Counted from the first letter of the stretch, positions 37,205 through 49,747 are shown. The stretch: 64,000 nt of DNA from Octopus sinensis (GCF_006345805.1 NC_043010.1:13640001-13704000); one strand, 5' to 3'. Notes: a model not told the origin generated them from the sequence alone. Made by a program: numbers and translations.

Positions 37205-37246
37205 GATACACTGACTTCTTAAATTCATGATAATAAGATAAATAAT

Positions 37247-37657
37247 GTATCTTTTTGGTTTGAACGGCAGTTTTTTCTAGCGGTGTCATATGAAATTGTC
37301 ACCCATAATTATGACCCTAGTATCGATCTATTGCATTTCAATCTGTTTTAGGGTTAGGGGTGGGGGGAAGGGTATCTTTTTTCTTCAGAAATGTAAATAA
37401 ACCTAATCTGTTTATTAAACGAGGGACATATTCATACGGCACAGAATGTTTTCATCTCAATAGACCATCACTGATTGGTTGAAATTGCAGAAATTGAAGA
37501 AAAAAAACAACAAATATCTTACAAACTATAGAATTTTCTCAATAAAGCTAAGAGAAAAAGATGTTTTATAAACACATTCTACCAGTATATGAAGTTTAAA
37601 GGTGTTTAGATACGTGGAAATTATTTTAAAAAACTGCCGTTCAAACGGAAAAGATCC
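37247..37657 (+). mobile_element. MITE family E (GG-initial TIR, 8-bp TSD, Merlin-like)
   Basis: TIR g(g)atcttttyggtttgaacggcagtttt / aaaactgccgttcaaac.gaaaagatcc; TSD taaataat/taaataaa. Confidence 0.8.
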
Positions 37658-37975
37658 TAAATAAATAAGGAAGAAATAGATCCTAATGTCTACTGGCAAC
37701 AAATCAACATTGAACTAAACTTTTATTGGAACTTCATCATTTTGATGATAATAATTATCAGTTAATTTGTGAATCAGTCAGGTTGCCCACTTTTTCTTGT
37801 TTAATTGTAACACAGATTTCTCATGCTTTGAACTATTAGGAGTGTTGACACGTTCCAGAAAATTGTGCATTAGTATTCTAATTATAGCTAATAACGAGGG
37901 CATAAGAGTGATAGTTTTATGAAGGAGTTGTCAATAAACATGTTGTGTTTGGGGTGGTAGTAGTAGACACATGGT

Positions 37976-38366
37976 GGAGGCGCAATGGCCCAGTGGTTAG
38001 GGCAGCAGACTCGCGGTCATAGGGTCGCGGTCATAGGATCGCGGTTTCGATTCCCAGACCGGGCGTTGTGAGTGTTTATTGAGCGAAAATACCTAAAGCT
38101 CCACGAGGCTCCGGCAGGGGATGGTGGTGATCCCTGCTGTACTCTTTCACCACAACTTTCTCTCACTCTTACTTCCTGTTTCTGTTGTACCTGTATTTCA
38201 AGGGGCCGGCCTTGTCACTCTCTGTGTCATGCTGAATATCCCCGAGAACTACGTTAAGGGTGCACGTGTCTGTGGAGTGCTCAGCCACTTACACGTTAAT
38301 TTCACGAGCAGGCTGTTCCATTGATTCGGATCAACCGGAACCCTCATCGTCGTAACCAACGAAGTG
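37976..38366 (+). mobile_element. SINE family D, tail type 1
   Basis: 12-bp TSD agtagacacatg at 37962 and 38381. Confidence 0.9.
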
Positions 38367-38555
38367 AAAAAAAGAAGAAGAGTAGACACATGTGTTTCTT
38401 GTTAGATGCTCATGGATTTATCGCCATCCTCAAAATATATGAGCCTAGTTCAACATTTATTAATAGAAAGTGTTGACAACAACTTAAATAGACAAAGAAT
38501 CAAGGATGTTCATATCATATCACTATGTTTTAGCTGTGTTCCTGACAAAAAATAT

Positions 38556-38992
38556 GGATCTTTTCAGTTTGAACAGTAGTTTTCTCTAGCGGTGTCATAT
38601 GAAATTGTCACCCATAATTATGACCCTAGTATCGATCTATTGCATTTCAATCTGTTTTAGGATTAGGATTAGTTAGGGTTAGTTAGGGTTAGGGGTGGGG
38701 GAAGGGTATCTTTTTTTTCTTCACAAATGTAAATAAACCTAATCTGTTTATTAAACGAAGGACATATTCATACGGCACATAATGTGTTTTACCTCAATAG
38801 ATGCCAGTGATTGGTTGAAATTGCAGAAATTGAAGAAAAAAAACAACAAATATCTTACAAATTATAGAATTTTCTCAATAAAGCCAAGAGAAAAAGATGT
38901 TTTATAAACACATTCTACCAGTATATGAATTTTTAAATTTTTTAGTTACCTAGAAATTATGTTAAAAACTGCCGTTCAAACCGAAAAGATCC
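38556..38992 (+). mobile_element. MITE family E
   Basis: Perfect 8-bp TSD aaaaatat at 38548 and 38993. Confidence 0.85.
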
Positions 38993-39189
38993 AAAAATAT
39001 CTAACTGTCAATGATTCTAGTTCAGCTGATTGTAAATTATTCCATGGTATGAAGTATTTCACCAGTATAAATGGTCCATGCATGATATATTTAGTCAATA
39101 TTGCCTTACATTTATTGTGTTGAGCTTAAATACCCACTAGTGTAAACCTTGAAAAGCAATAAACTTGTGACACACCACATGTAGTGTGT

Positions 39190-39500
39190 GGAGGCACATG
39201 GCCTAATGGTTAGAGCAGCGGACTAGCGGTCGAAGGATCGCGGTTCGAATATCAGACCGGGCAATGTCTGTGTTTATGAGCAAAACACCTAAGCTCCACG
39301 CTGCTCCGGCAGAAGGTAATGGCGAAACTTCTGCTGACTCTTTCACCACAGCTTTCTCTCACTCTTTCCTCCTGCATCTTGCAGCTCACCTGCGATGGAC
39401 CGGCGTCCCGTCCAGGTGGGGAACCTATACGCCAAGAAACCGGGAAACCGGCCCTTATGAGCCAGGCATGGCTCGAGAAGGAACAAACAAACAAACAAAC
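39190..39500 (+). mobile_element. SINE family D, tail type 3
   Basis: 11-bp TSD acatgtagtgt at 39177 and 39502; (AAAC)n tail. Confidence 0.85.
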
Positions 39501-40118
39501 AACATGTAGTGTATATCTATGGCTTCTCAGGGTTTACATAACAACTACATTAATGGTTATCACAGCACTAAACTTGTGAAGTAAGGAATAGTTATTATAT
39601 TTGTAGGGAAATTGAAACGTACACTCAAAGTCTTTATACCTACTGTGATAGAACACAAAAATATGGAATTCAACTAATATTATATTTAAAATAGTGTGTG
39701 GCTGATATTAGAGTTTTATCAATGAAATCTTATAAAAATATTTGCGACTAACATTGTAGTGAAATTTTAAGGTTATATTTATTAAGTACCTAAACGTGCC
39801 TTTTGGATGAAATCTTTGTGCTAGTTGCTTGATTTACTGGGTATCTACATCACTTTTACAAGATTGAAATATAGAAGGGGTTTGCTAATTATCAGATTTT
39901 TTTTGAGAATATGAAAGCTGACCACAACATCACAGAAAGATTAATAACACATAAGCAAATCAATTAATAAATATCACATCATGCTCACATAATTATCTTT
40001 TCTTTGAAAATGCGCTCAGATGGTTTAAGTACATATGTACAAGATTACACCTAACATATATATACATATATACATACATTTATAAATTTAATACATTTAT
40101 CTATCTATCTATATACAT

Positions 40119-40352
40119 ACGGTGCCGGTGGCACGTAAAAAGCACCAACCGATCGTGGCCGTTGCCAGCCTCGCCTGGCACGTAAAAAGCACCCACTACA
40201 CTCACGGAGTGGTTGGCGTTAGGAAGGGCATCCAGCTGTAGAAACACTGCCAGATCAGACTGGAACCTGGTGGAGCCTTCTGGCTTCCCAGACCCCGGTC
40301 GAACTGTCCGACCCATGCTAGCATGGAAAACGGACGTTAAACGATGATGATG
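40119..40352 (+). mobile_element. Repeat family C
   Basis: C core and (gat)n tail. Confidence 0.85.
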
Positions 40353-40415
40353 ATATATATATATATACATATATATATACATATATATATATATATATGT
40401 GTATATATATATATG

Positions 40416-40479
<64 letters not shown>

Positions 40480-40482
40480 TAT

Positions 40483-40522
<40 letters not shown>

Positions 40523-40576
40523 GTATATATATATATGTGTATATATATATGTGTGTATATATATATATATATACAC

Positions 40577-41201
<625 letters not shown>

Positions 41202-41431
41202 TATAATATATATATATATGTATGTATGTATGTATATATATATATATTATATATATATATATCTGTATATATATAATAATATATATATACATACACACAC
41301 ACATGCGCACACACACACACGCACACACACATATAAATATGTATATACAGATATTTTTATAATAATTTGTATGCATATATGTATATATGTATGTGTATAT
41401 ATATAATATATATATATATATACATACATGC

Positions 41432-41465
<34 letters not shown>

Positions 41466-41487
41466 TATTTATATTTATATATTTGAA

Positions 41488-43176
41488 CTATATTGTGTAT
41501 TCAATTCCTTGCTTTCCTTGTCTCATCCCACAAGGGAAGCCACCAGGTGTATTAGTCCAGCCAGGGTTCCATACAGGAGCCATTGTGAAGCCTCGCGACC
41601 ACATGTAATTATTTTCCCAGCTTTGCGGTATCTGATGGCGAGACGATGTATTCATCCATGATGTCGGAGGCAGAGAAGATGGCCCTCGAGGGTGAGAAGC
41701 AAAAGATTGTGGATCTCTGAGGTAATCCCCTTCGAATCGTTGTACCATGTGATCTGTATTTTTCATGTCCTGTCGCATGTGATGACCATGAGACGCGATT
41801 GACGTCTTGCAACAGATATCAGAATTGAAAGACTGTTGTTTGCTTGAGGTATGAGTGTGGCTTCTTTTATGAAGCTCCAAATCTGTTCTCTGTGAGTAGA
41901 CTTTGCTACAGTTTAGCATTTTGTTGTTATGATGCGTGTGTTTGTGAGCTTCAATCTCAAGAGAGTGAGCGAATATCTTTCCGCAAATATTGCAACTGAA
42001 TGGCAACATCGGAGCGTTCTGTTCTTTTTCCGGGGGGATGGGGGTATTGTGGGTCCGTTTATGGTTCTTTAAGATCGCACGTTGAGCAAAAGCTTTCCCA
42101 CAATATTCACACTTGAACGGCTTTTCTCCCGTGTGTGTTCTACGGTGATTATCAAAGTTGGTTCTCTGGGCGAATGCCTTCCCGCAAAAGTTACACTTAA
42201 AAGGTCTCTCACCTGTATGAATACGTTTATGATTATCCAGGTGTGTTCTTTGAGTAAACATCTTCTCACAATACTCGCACTTAAAAGGTTTCTCACCTGT
42301 GTGTGTTCGTTTGTGGTTATCAAGGTGAGTTCTTTGAATGAATGCTTTACCACAGAAGTCACATATGAACGGCTTCTCACCTGTATGAATTCGTTTGTGG
42401 TTATCAAGGTTTGTACGTTGTGCAAATGCTTTCTCGCAGAAAACACATTTGAACGGTTTTTCTCCGGTATGTGTCCGACGATGGTTATCAAGATTGACCA
42501 CCTGAGCAAATGCCTTGTCACAGAAAGAACAAACGAATGGTTTTTCACCTGTGTGGATACGTTTGTGGTTGACCAAATTTACAATCTGCGCAAACGCTTT
42601 ATCACAGAAGTCACATTTAAACGGTTTCTCACCTGTATGAACACGTTCATGATATTTAAGATTAGTTATCTGACTGAACGACTTTGAACAGTATGAGCAA
42701 GAAAATGGTTTCTCTCCGGTATGAACGCGTTCGTGATTTTCCACGTTTGTCTGTTGACTGAAAGACTTTGAACAGAACCCACACTGATAAGGTTTCTCTC
42801 CCGTATGAGTCCGTTTATGATTATCATAATTAGCTTTCTGAGCAAATGCTTTATCGCAGTAAGTGCAATTAAACGGTTTCTGCCCCGTGTGCGTTAACTC
42901 ATGGGTTGTTAATCGAGCCCTCTGAGAAAATGCCTTCTGGCAATAACTGCAAAAGAAATGCTTCTCCCTAGCTGGCATCATTTCATGATTACTTAAATTA
43001 ACCTTCCTGGAAAACCCTTTGCGGCAGACATTACATCTGAATGGCTTATCATTTGAAAACCCCATTTTGTTATCATTATGGCAATGATGCTGTGACTGGT
43101 TTTGAGAAAAGGGTTTGTTTGGTGGATCAAAGTTAAACTGATTCCCCATTGGGTATAATGTCTGAGTAGAATACAT
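41488..43176 (-). CDS. C2H2 zinc finger protein, 562 aa, 12 canonical fingers (11 tandem) plus 2 degenerate
   Basis: Tandem fingers with TGEKP linkers; in-frame TAA five codons upstream of the ATG; acceptor ttttctcgcttttactttcAG at 43337-43336 defines a 5' UTR intron. Confidence 0.95.
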   Translation of the reverse strand: MYSTQTLYPMGNQFNFDPPNKPFSQNQSQHHCHNDNKMGFSNDKPFRCNVCRKGFSRKVNLSNHEMMPAREKHFFCSYCQKAFSQRARLTTHELTHTGQKPFNCTYCDKAFAQKANYDNHKRTHTGEKPYQCGFCSKSFSQQTNVENHERVHTGEKPFSCSYCSKSFSQITNLKYHERVHTGEKPFKCDFCDKAFAQIVNLVNHKRIHTGEKPFVCSFCDKAFAQVVNLDNHRRTHTGEKPFKCVFCEKAFAQRTNLDNHKRIHTGEKPFICDFCGKAFIQRTHLDNHKRTHTGEKPFKCEYCEKMFTQRTHLDNHKRIHTGERPFKCNFCGKAFAQRTNFDNHRRTHTGEKPFKCEYCGKAFAQRAILKNHKRTHNTPIPPEKEQNAPMLPFSCNICGKIFAHSLEIEAHKHTHHNNKMLNCSKVYSQRTDLELHKRSHTHTSSKQQSFNSDICCKTSIASHGHHMRQDMKNTDHMVQRFEGDYLRDPQSFASHPRGPSSLPPTSWMNTSSRHQIPQSWENNYMWSRGFTMAPVWNPGWTNTPGGFPCGMRQGKQGIEYTI

Positions 43177-43585
43177 AATTTTATTGTTTTAGAAACCTTA
43201 ATCTTCTTTAACTTTTAAAGCTTCGAATTGCTGCTTAATTTGTTTAGATATGAGGGTTTCTCAAAACCTGGAGTGGCAATATTTTTGTTGCATTAATACC
43301 TCAGCATAAAGATCCAGCCATGTGATTCCCAGAAGCTGAAAGTAAAAGCGAGAAAAAGAAAACGTTACAAGAAGCATCGCTAATAGATTAACTCAATCAA
43401 ATACGTGTATGTGTGTCTGTGTAAGAGTGTGTGTATGTGCGTGGGTGTGTGAAAGGGAGGGAGCAAGAACACATTCCACACATACATATATATGTAGAAT
43501 TAAAATCTGATTGTGTGTGTGGGGGGTGAGTCTGTCTGTTTGTCTGTTCATTACTTTAACGTTGAAATCTTCCAAAACTTATCTA

Positions 43586-43755
43586 AATATTTCACAGGAG
43601 TGGCTGTGTGGTAAGAAGCTTGCTAACCAACCACATGGTTCCGGGTTCAGTCCCACTACGTGGCATCTTGGGCAAGTGTCTTCTGCTATAGCACCGGGCC
43701 GACCAATGACTTGTGAGTGGATTTGGTAGACGGAAACTGAAAGAAGCCTGTCGTA

Positions 43756-43794
<39 letters not shown>

Positions 43795-44040
43795 ATGTGT
43801 GTGTGTTTGTGTGTGTGTGTTTGTGTGTGTGTGTGTTTGTCCCCCTAGCATTGCTTGACAACTGATGGTGGTGTGTTTACGTCCCCGTCACTTAGCGGTT
43901 CGGCAAAAGAGACCGATAGAATAAGTACTGGGCTTACAAAGAGTAAGTCCCGGGGTCGATTTAATCGACTAAAGGCGGTGCTCCAGCATGGCCGCAGTCA
44001 AATGACTGAAGCAATTAAAAGAGTAAAAGAGTAAAGAGTA
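43586..44040 (+). mobile_element. SINE family A
   Basis: Full-length match. Confidence 0.9.
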
Positions 44041-44139
44041 TAATAGAGTATGTAGTTCATGCCAAAAAAATTTTATTAAAAATCTTTAGTGTTTGGGAAA
44101 AGTTAAAACTTTGATATAAGATAATAATTTAATCTCTTG

Positions 44140-44523
44140 TATTTTTTACTCTTTTCCTCTTTTACCCTTTTACTTGTTTCAGTCATTTTACTGTGGCCAT
44201 GCTGGAGCACCGCCTTTTAGTCGAGCAAATCGACCCCGGAACTTATTCTTTGTAAGTGACGGGGACGTAAACAAACCAGCATCATTTGTCAAGCAATGCT
44301 AGGGGGACAAACACAGACACACAAACACACACATACATATATATATATATACATATATACGACAGGCTTCTTTCAGTTTCCGTCTACCAAATCCACTCAC
44401 AAGGCATTGGTCGGCCCGAGGTTATAGCAGAAGACACTTGCCCAAGGTGCCACGCAGTGGGACTGAACCCGGAACCATGTGGTTGGTAAGCAAGCTACTT
44501 ACCACACAGCCACTCCTGCGCCT
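44140..44523 (-). mobile_element. SINE family A, inverted relative to 43586
   Basis: Full-length match, small deletion. Confidence 0.9.
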
Positions 44524-44734
44524 ATTTATTTACATTTAAATATAAAGAAACATATACAATGATGTTAGACATGTGAAACACCAGTTCAAGATGGAAAAGA
44601 ACAAACAGGGGTCACTGACAGGACTAAATTCACACATCTGTCTATTGTTGACAAACTAAGGATTATAAGGACTTTGCCATTCCATCTTCTCAAAATTATA
44701 CAATATAAATTTGTTTCTGCTGTTTTACCTGTAC

Positions 44735-45511
44735 TATTTCTTATTTCTTTATTGGCCACAAGGGGCTAAACATAGAGGGGACAAACAAGTACATACAAAC
44801 GGATTAAGTCGATTACATCGACCCCAGTGCATAACTGGTACTTAATTTATTGACCCCGAAAGGATGAAAGGCAAAGTCGACCTCGGCAGAATTTGAACTC
44901 AGAACGTAACGGCAGATGAAATACATATTTCTTTACTACCCACAAGGGGCTAAACACAGAGGGGACAAACAAGGACAGACAAACGGATTAAGTCGAGTAC
45001 ATCGACCCCAGTGCATAACTGGTACTTAATTTATTGACCCCGAAAGGATGAAAGGCAAAGTCGACCTCGGCAGAATTTGAACTCAGAACGTAACGGCAGA
45101 CGAAATACCTATTTCTTTACTACCGGGCGAAATGCGTTGCCGTATTTCGTCTGCCGTTACGTTCTGAGTTGTTCAAATTCCGCCGAGGACGACTTTGCCT
45201 TTCATCTTTTCGGGGTCGATAAATTAAGTACCATTTATGCACTGGGATCGCTGTAATCAACTTAATTCGTTTGTCTGTCCTTGTTTGTCCTCTCTGTGTT
45301 TAGCCCCTTGTGGGTAGTAAAGAAATAGGTATTTCATCTGCCGTTACGTTCTGAGTTCAAATTCCGCTGAGGTCGACTTTGCCTTTCATCCTTTCGGGGT
45401 CGATAAATTAAGTACCAGTTACGCACGGGGGTCAATGTAATCGACTTAATCCGTTTGTCTGTCCTTGTTTGTCCCCTCTGTGTTTAGCCCCTTGTGGGTA
45501 GTAAAGAAATA
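44735..45511. mobile_element. SINE B multimer with internal inversion
   Basis: Two 184-bp units on minus (44735-45124) joined to a near-complete head plus two units on plus (45125-45511). Confidence 0.85.
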
Positions 45512-45571
45512 AGTATGTGGCTTGTAAACCTAGAGTACAGACACATAGTGTGCACTTATTGGAATTTTATT

Positions 45572-46040
45572 CTCACTGAATGCATCAAGTTTTGCCAAAA
45601 GCTTGGTGATACTCGAGCTCATAGCATCCAGAAGATTCAGCGATCTATAGTGATGATGCCATGGGCAAAACTCAGATGAGGGTGTGGTACAGCTGCTTCA
45701 TGAATGACCTCACCTCAATGGGGGTCAAGGCATGCTTGGACAGACCATCCACAAGCTGAAACAAGGAGCTGATTGAGAAGGTTCAGTAAATAGGCATAGC
45801 AGACCATTGTGTAACAATCCAGGAAATTGCTAAAACAGGTGGAAATAAGCACAAGATCAGCGCAGTCTATTTTCCCAGAGTGAAATGTGTATGTGGAGTG
45901 TCAGCAAAATTATTCCCCAAGGTGCTGGTCAAGCAGCAGAAGCTACTGTACATGGAAATCACTCAGGTCATACTGGACTGTGCAAACCACAACCCAGACT
46001 TCATGGAGACAATCATCACTGATGATATTACCTGGGTTTT
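45572..46040 (+). mobile_element. Degenerate mariner transposase N-terminal region
   Basis: ECIKFCQKLG...VSAKLFPKVL...NPDFMETIITDDITW resembles IKFC / AKFVPKVL / IITGDETW. Confidence 0.75.
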
Positions 46041-46124
46041 ATGGTTTCTCTTTGATGCATTTGGTCATCTTGCATGAAAACAAAAACCCAATCGAAATCA
46101 AAATCAAAGCGAAATTCGATGACG

Positions 46125-46625
46125 GGCACGAGCACCATACGAGCGTGATCATTGACAGAGCAGCTAACTGGCTTCCATGCCAGTGGCACATAAAAAGCAC
46201 CATTCGAGTGTGATCGTTGCCAGCTTCACCTTACTGGCACTTGTGCCCCGTGCTAGTAGGGTGCTAAGAGCACCATCTGAGCATGATCGTTGCCAGAGAG
46301 GCTAACTGGCTTCCGTGCCGGTGGCATGTAGAAGGCACCATTCGAGCGGGACCGTTACCAGCAGCGCCTTGATGGCACCTGTGCCGTTGGCATGTATAAA
46401 AAAAATTCGAGCGAGGTCGTTGCCAGTACCGCCTGACTGGCCACCCCGTGCCGGTGGCACGTAAAAGCACCCACAACACCCTCGGAGTGGTTGGCGTTAG
46501 GAAGGGCATCCAGCTGTCGAAACTCTGCCAGATCAAGACTGGAGCTTGGTGCAGCCCTCTGTCAAACCGTCCAACCCATGCTAGCATGGAAAGCAGACGT
46601 TAAACGATGATGATGATGATGATGA
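46125..46625 (+). mobile_element. Repeat family C with about five diverged tandem units
   Basis: Repeated tgccggtggca.gtaaaaagcaccattcgag units, then the C core. Confidence 0.8.
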
Positions 46626-47194
46626 GGGTGATGAGGATGCAGTGAGTACAATGAGTACATCTGTACTCTAAGCATAACAGCCAGAAAATTTCCGTGTTTG
46701 TGCAAGGAAGGGTGGCACCACCTCCTACCCAAAAGACCTTGTCCATGCAACGTTAGTTTTGGCAAGAGAAAATATAAGGTGAGATACTTTGTGACCGCAC
46801 CTTGTATGTTAGTAGTATATGTCTGTCTTTCAGAACACTAACTTATTCATTATAACACAATTTAGTATTAGAAGAGATAAGAACAATCTGAGCATTGGAA
46901 CAGACGAAGAGAAGCCAAGTGAAAGAGAGAATGAATCATGTAAGTAGATTAACATTTTTGTCTAATTCAGATAAAAGTAATTGTATTTTGCTTGATACCA
47001 TTCAGTGATCTTCATATATTTTCTTGCAGATGTTACAATACAGCATCTTTTTTTCTTTTCTTTTTTTTTGGCATCTTAGCTATTAAGATCCTTGTTTCAA
47101 AGTAAAGTTGATTTGTTCAAAGAAAATTTCATCGGTGAAAATATCTGTCTTTATGTTCGTAACATTATTCAAGCTATACAGCTGCTCTCATATT

Positions 47195-47614
47195 CGTTGT
47201 CGTTGCCATCATCGTCGTCATCGTCGTCGTCATCGTCATCGTCATCGTCATCATCATCATCATCATCGTCATCCTTGTCATCATCGTCGTCGTTGTCGTT
47301 GTCGTCGTTGTTGTCATCATCGTTGTCATCATCGTCATCATCATCATCATCATCATGGTCATCCTCGTCATCATCGTTGTCGTCGTCGTTATCATCATTA
47401 TCATCATCATCGTTGTCATCATCATCATCATCGTCATCCTCGTCGTCGTCGTCGTAGTCGTAGTCGTCATCATCATCATCATCATCATATCATCATCATC
47501 ATCATCATCGTCATCGTCATCATCATCATCATTGTCGTCATCATTGTCGTCATCATCATCATCATCGTTGTCATCATCATCATCATCATCGTCATCATCG
47601 TTGTCATCATCATC

Positions 47615-47646
<32 letters not shown>

Positions 47647-47657
47647 CATCATCATCA
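47195..47657. repeat. (CAT)n/(CGT)n microsatellite
   Basis: Direct reading. Confidence 0.95.
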
Positions 47658-48075
47658 TTCTCATTTAACATCTATTTTCCTGTGTTTGCATGAATCAAAC
47701 AGAATTTGTTAGGGTAGATTTTCCATGGCCAGGATACCCTGCCCGTCACCAACCCTCACCTGTTTCCAAACAAATGTGTTCCCGAGGCCAGACATGTTCT
47801 TCACAGCAGATTGGAAGTAAACAACCTTGTTTGTACCTTTTAACTTTTACTTGTTTCAGTCATTAGACTGTGGCTATGCTGGGGCACCACCTTGAAGAAT
47901 TCTTCATTGAATGTATCAACCCCAGCACTTATTTTTTTAAAGATTGGTGCTTATTCTATCGGTCTCTTTTGCCAGACACAACAGCATCGGTTGTTAACAG
48001 GTGACGGCAGACAAACACAGAAACAAAGACACACACATAGATACATATATACATACACACACACATATATATATG

Positions 48076-48122
<47 letters not shown>

Positions 48123-48302
48123 CTGTGTCGGTGGCACATAAAATCACCCACTACACTCTTGGAGTGGTTGGCGTTAGGAAGGGCATCCAGCTGTAGAAAC
48201 ACTGCCAGATCTGACTGGCCTGGTCCAGCCTTCGGGCTCCCCAGACCCCAGTTGAACCGTCCAACCCATGCTAGCATGAAAAACGGACGCTAAATGATGA
48301 TG

Positions 48303-48303
<1 letters not shown>
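48123..48303 (+). mobile_element. Repeat family C
   Basis: C core and tail. Confidence 0.85.
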
Positions 48304-48347
<44 letters not shown>

Positions 48348-48348
48348 C

Positions 48349-48379
<31 letters not shown>

Positions 48380-48385
48380 GAGAGA

Positions 48386-48540
48386 GATCGTTAGCCACTA
48401 CACACATTTTTTTTTCTCTCCTTGTTTTTTCTGTGTCCCTTTTTGTAGAAGAGCGCAGGCTCGAAATGTAAAAGACTTTTTCTATTCCTGAGCGTTATAC
48501 TAATACATCTTCGTCTTTGGTTTTTGTCATAAACTCTCCC
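48386..48540 (+). mobile_element. T-rich element with a decayed hammerhead-like motif (48438-48476)
   Basis: cttt-TTGTAGA-A-GAGC gcag GCTC-GAAATGT-A-aaag; two core mismatches. Confidence 0.45.
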
Positions 48541-48593
48541 TATATATATATATATATATATATAAATATACATACATATATATATATATATAT

Positions 48594-48808
48594 AGTTAAT
48601 CCAAACAAGAAAGCACAAAAAAACACAACAACGCGAGGACGTGGAACAAATATAGTATTATTGGACGCTCAGGAAAGAAGGAAAAAAAAGAAGGAGGCTT
48701 TAACATTTCAAGCGGAGCTCTTCGTCGGAAACATAGGAGAAGGAAAGATCCAGAGAAGGGAAGACAGAGGAAAAAAAAGTGCCAACGGTACACACGAGGT
48801 CACATTTT
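48594..48808 (-). mobile_element. Related T-rich element with a hammerhead-like motif (48699-48731)
   Basis: ttt-CCGACGA-A-GAGC tcc GCTT-GAAATGT-T-aaa; shares ttcctgagcgt with the plus-strand partner. Confidence 0.55.
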
Positions 48809-49107
48809 GATATATATATATGATGGGCTGCTTTCAGTTTCTATCTACCAAATCCGCTTACAAAGCTTTGGTTGGCCTGAAGCTATAGCAAAAGACATTT
48901 GCCCAAGATGCCACGCAGTGGGGCTGAACTCAGGACCGTGTGGTTGGGAAGCAATCTTCTTACCACACAGTCGTACTTGACAATGATGATCATATACAAT
49001 CATCATGGAATGTATGGACAAGAGTACATTTGACAAATAGACAAGCACACACACACACATATGTATATGTACAAGTTACTTGGTGACCTCACTGGTACCA
49101 CACAAAG

Positions 49108-49338
49108 GTGGCGAGCTGGCAGAATCATTAGTACACCGGGTGAAATGCTAAGCAGTATTTCGTCAGCCGTTATGTTCTGAGTTCAAATTCCGCCAAAGTC
49201 GACTTTGCCTTTCATCCTTTCAGGGTCGATAAATTAAGTACCAGTTACGCACTGGGGTCGATATAATCGACTTAATCCGTTTGTCTGTCCTTGTTTGTCC
49301 TCTCTGTGTTTAGCCCCTTGTGGGTAGTAAAGAAATAG
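49108..49338 (+). mobile_element. SINE family B monomer
   Basis: Head to tail match. Confidence 0.85.
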
Positions 49339-49747
49339 GTGCCACACAAAGTAAGAACCCATTACACACTGAAAGCAGTTGGTATTAGGAAGGACAGTCA
49401 ATATTGGTGCCTGACACAGTCTTACAGCACAATGGGTTCTATCAAACAGTCCAACCCATGCCAGCATGGAAAAAATAGATGTTAAATTCTGAGAATGGGG
49501 ATGATACAGCAGGCTTCTTTCAGTTTCCATCCAACAAATCCACTCACAAGTCCTTTTCTTTAATTTCAATCATAGCAAACTGGTAGGGTCATGAGAGTAT
49601 TCGATGAAATTTCTTGCAATGTTTGTTCCAGTTTTCCATGCTCTTGAGTTCACCACGGAATTTTAAATTGAGAATGTTCCACTAATAATCAATTATTTGG
49701 GGAAAATAAGGAAGTAGACATGTGTGGTAAGTAGACATGTGTGGTAA

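Noticed and set aside
42069-42687. Overlapping 159-aa and 201-aa ORFs
   Set aside because: Alternative-frame and antisense shadows of the zinc finger array
47092-47693. Poly-His/Ser/Asp/Ile ORFs (also 31987-32349)
   Set aside because: Trinucleotide microsatellites; no flanking coding signal
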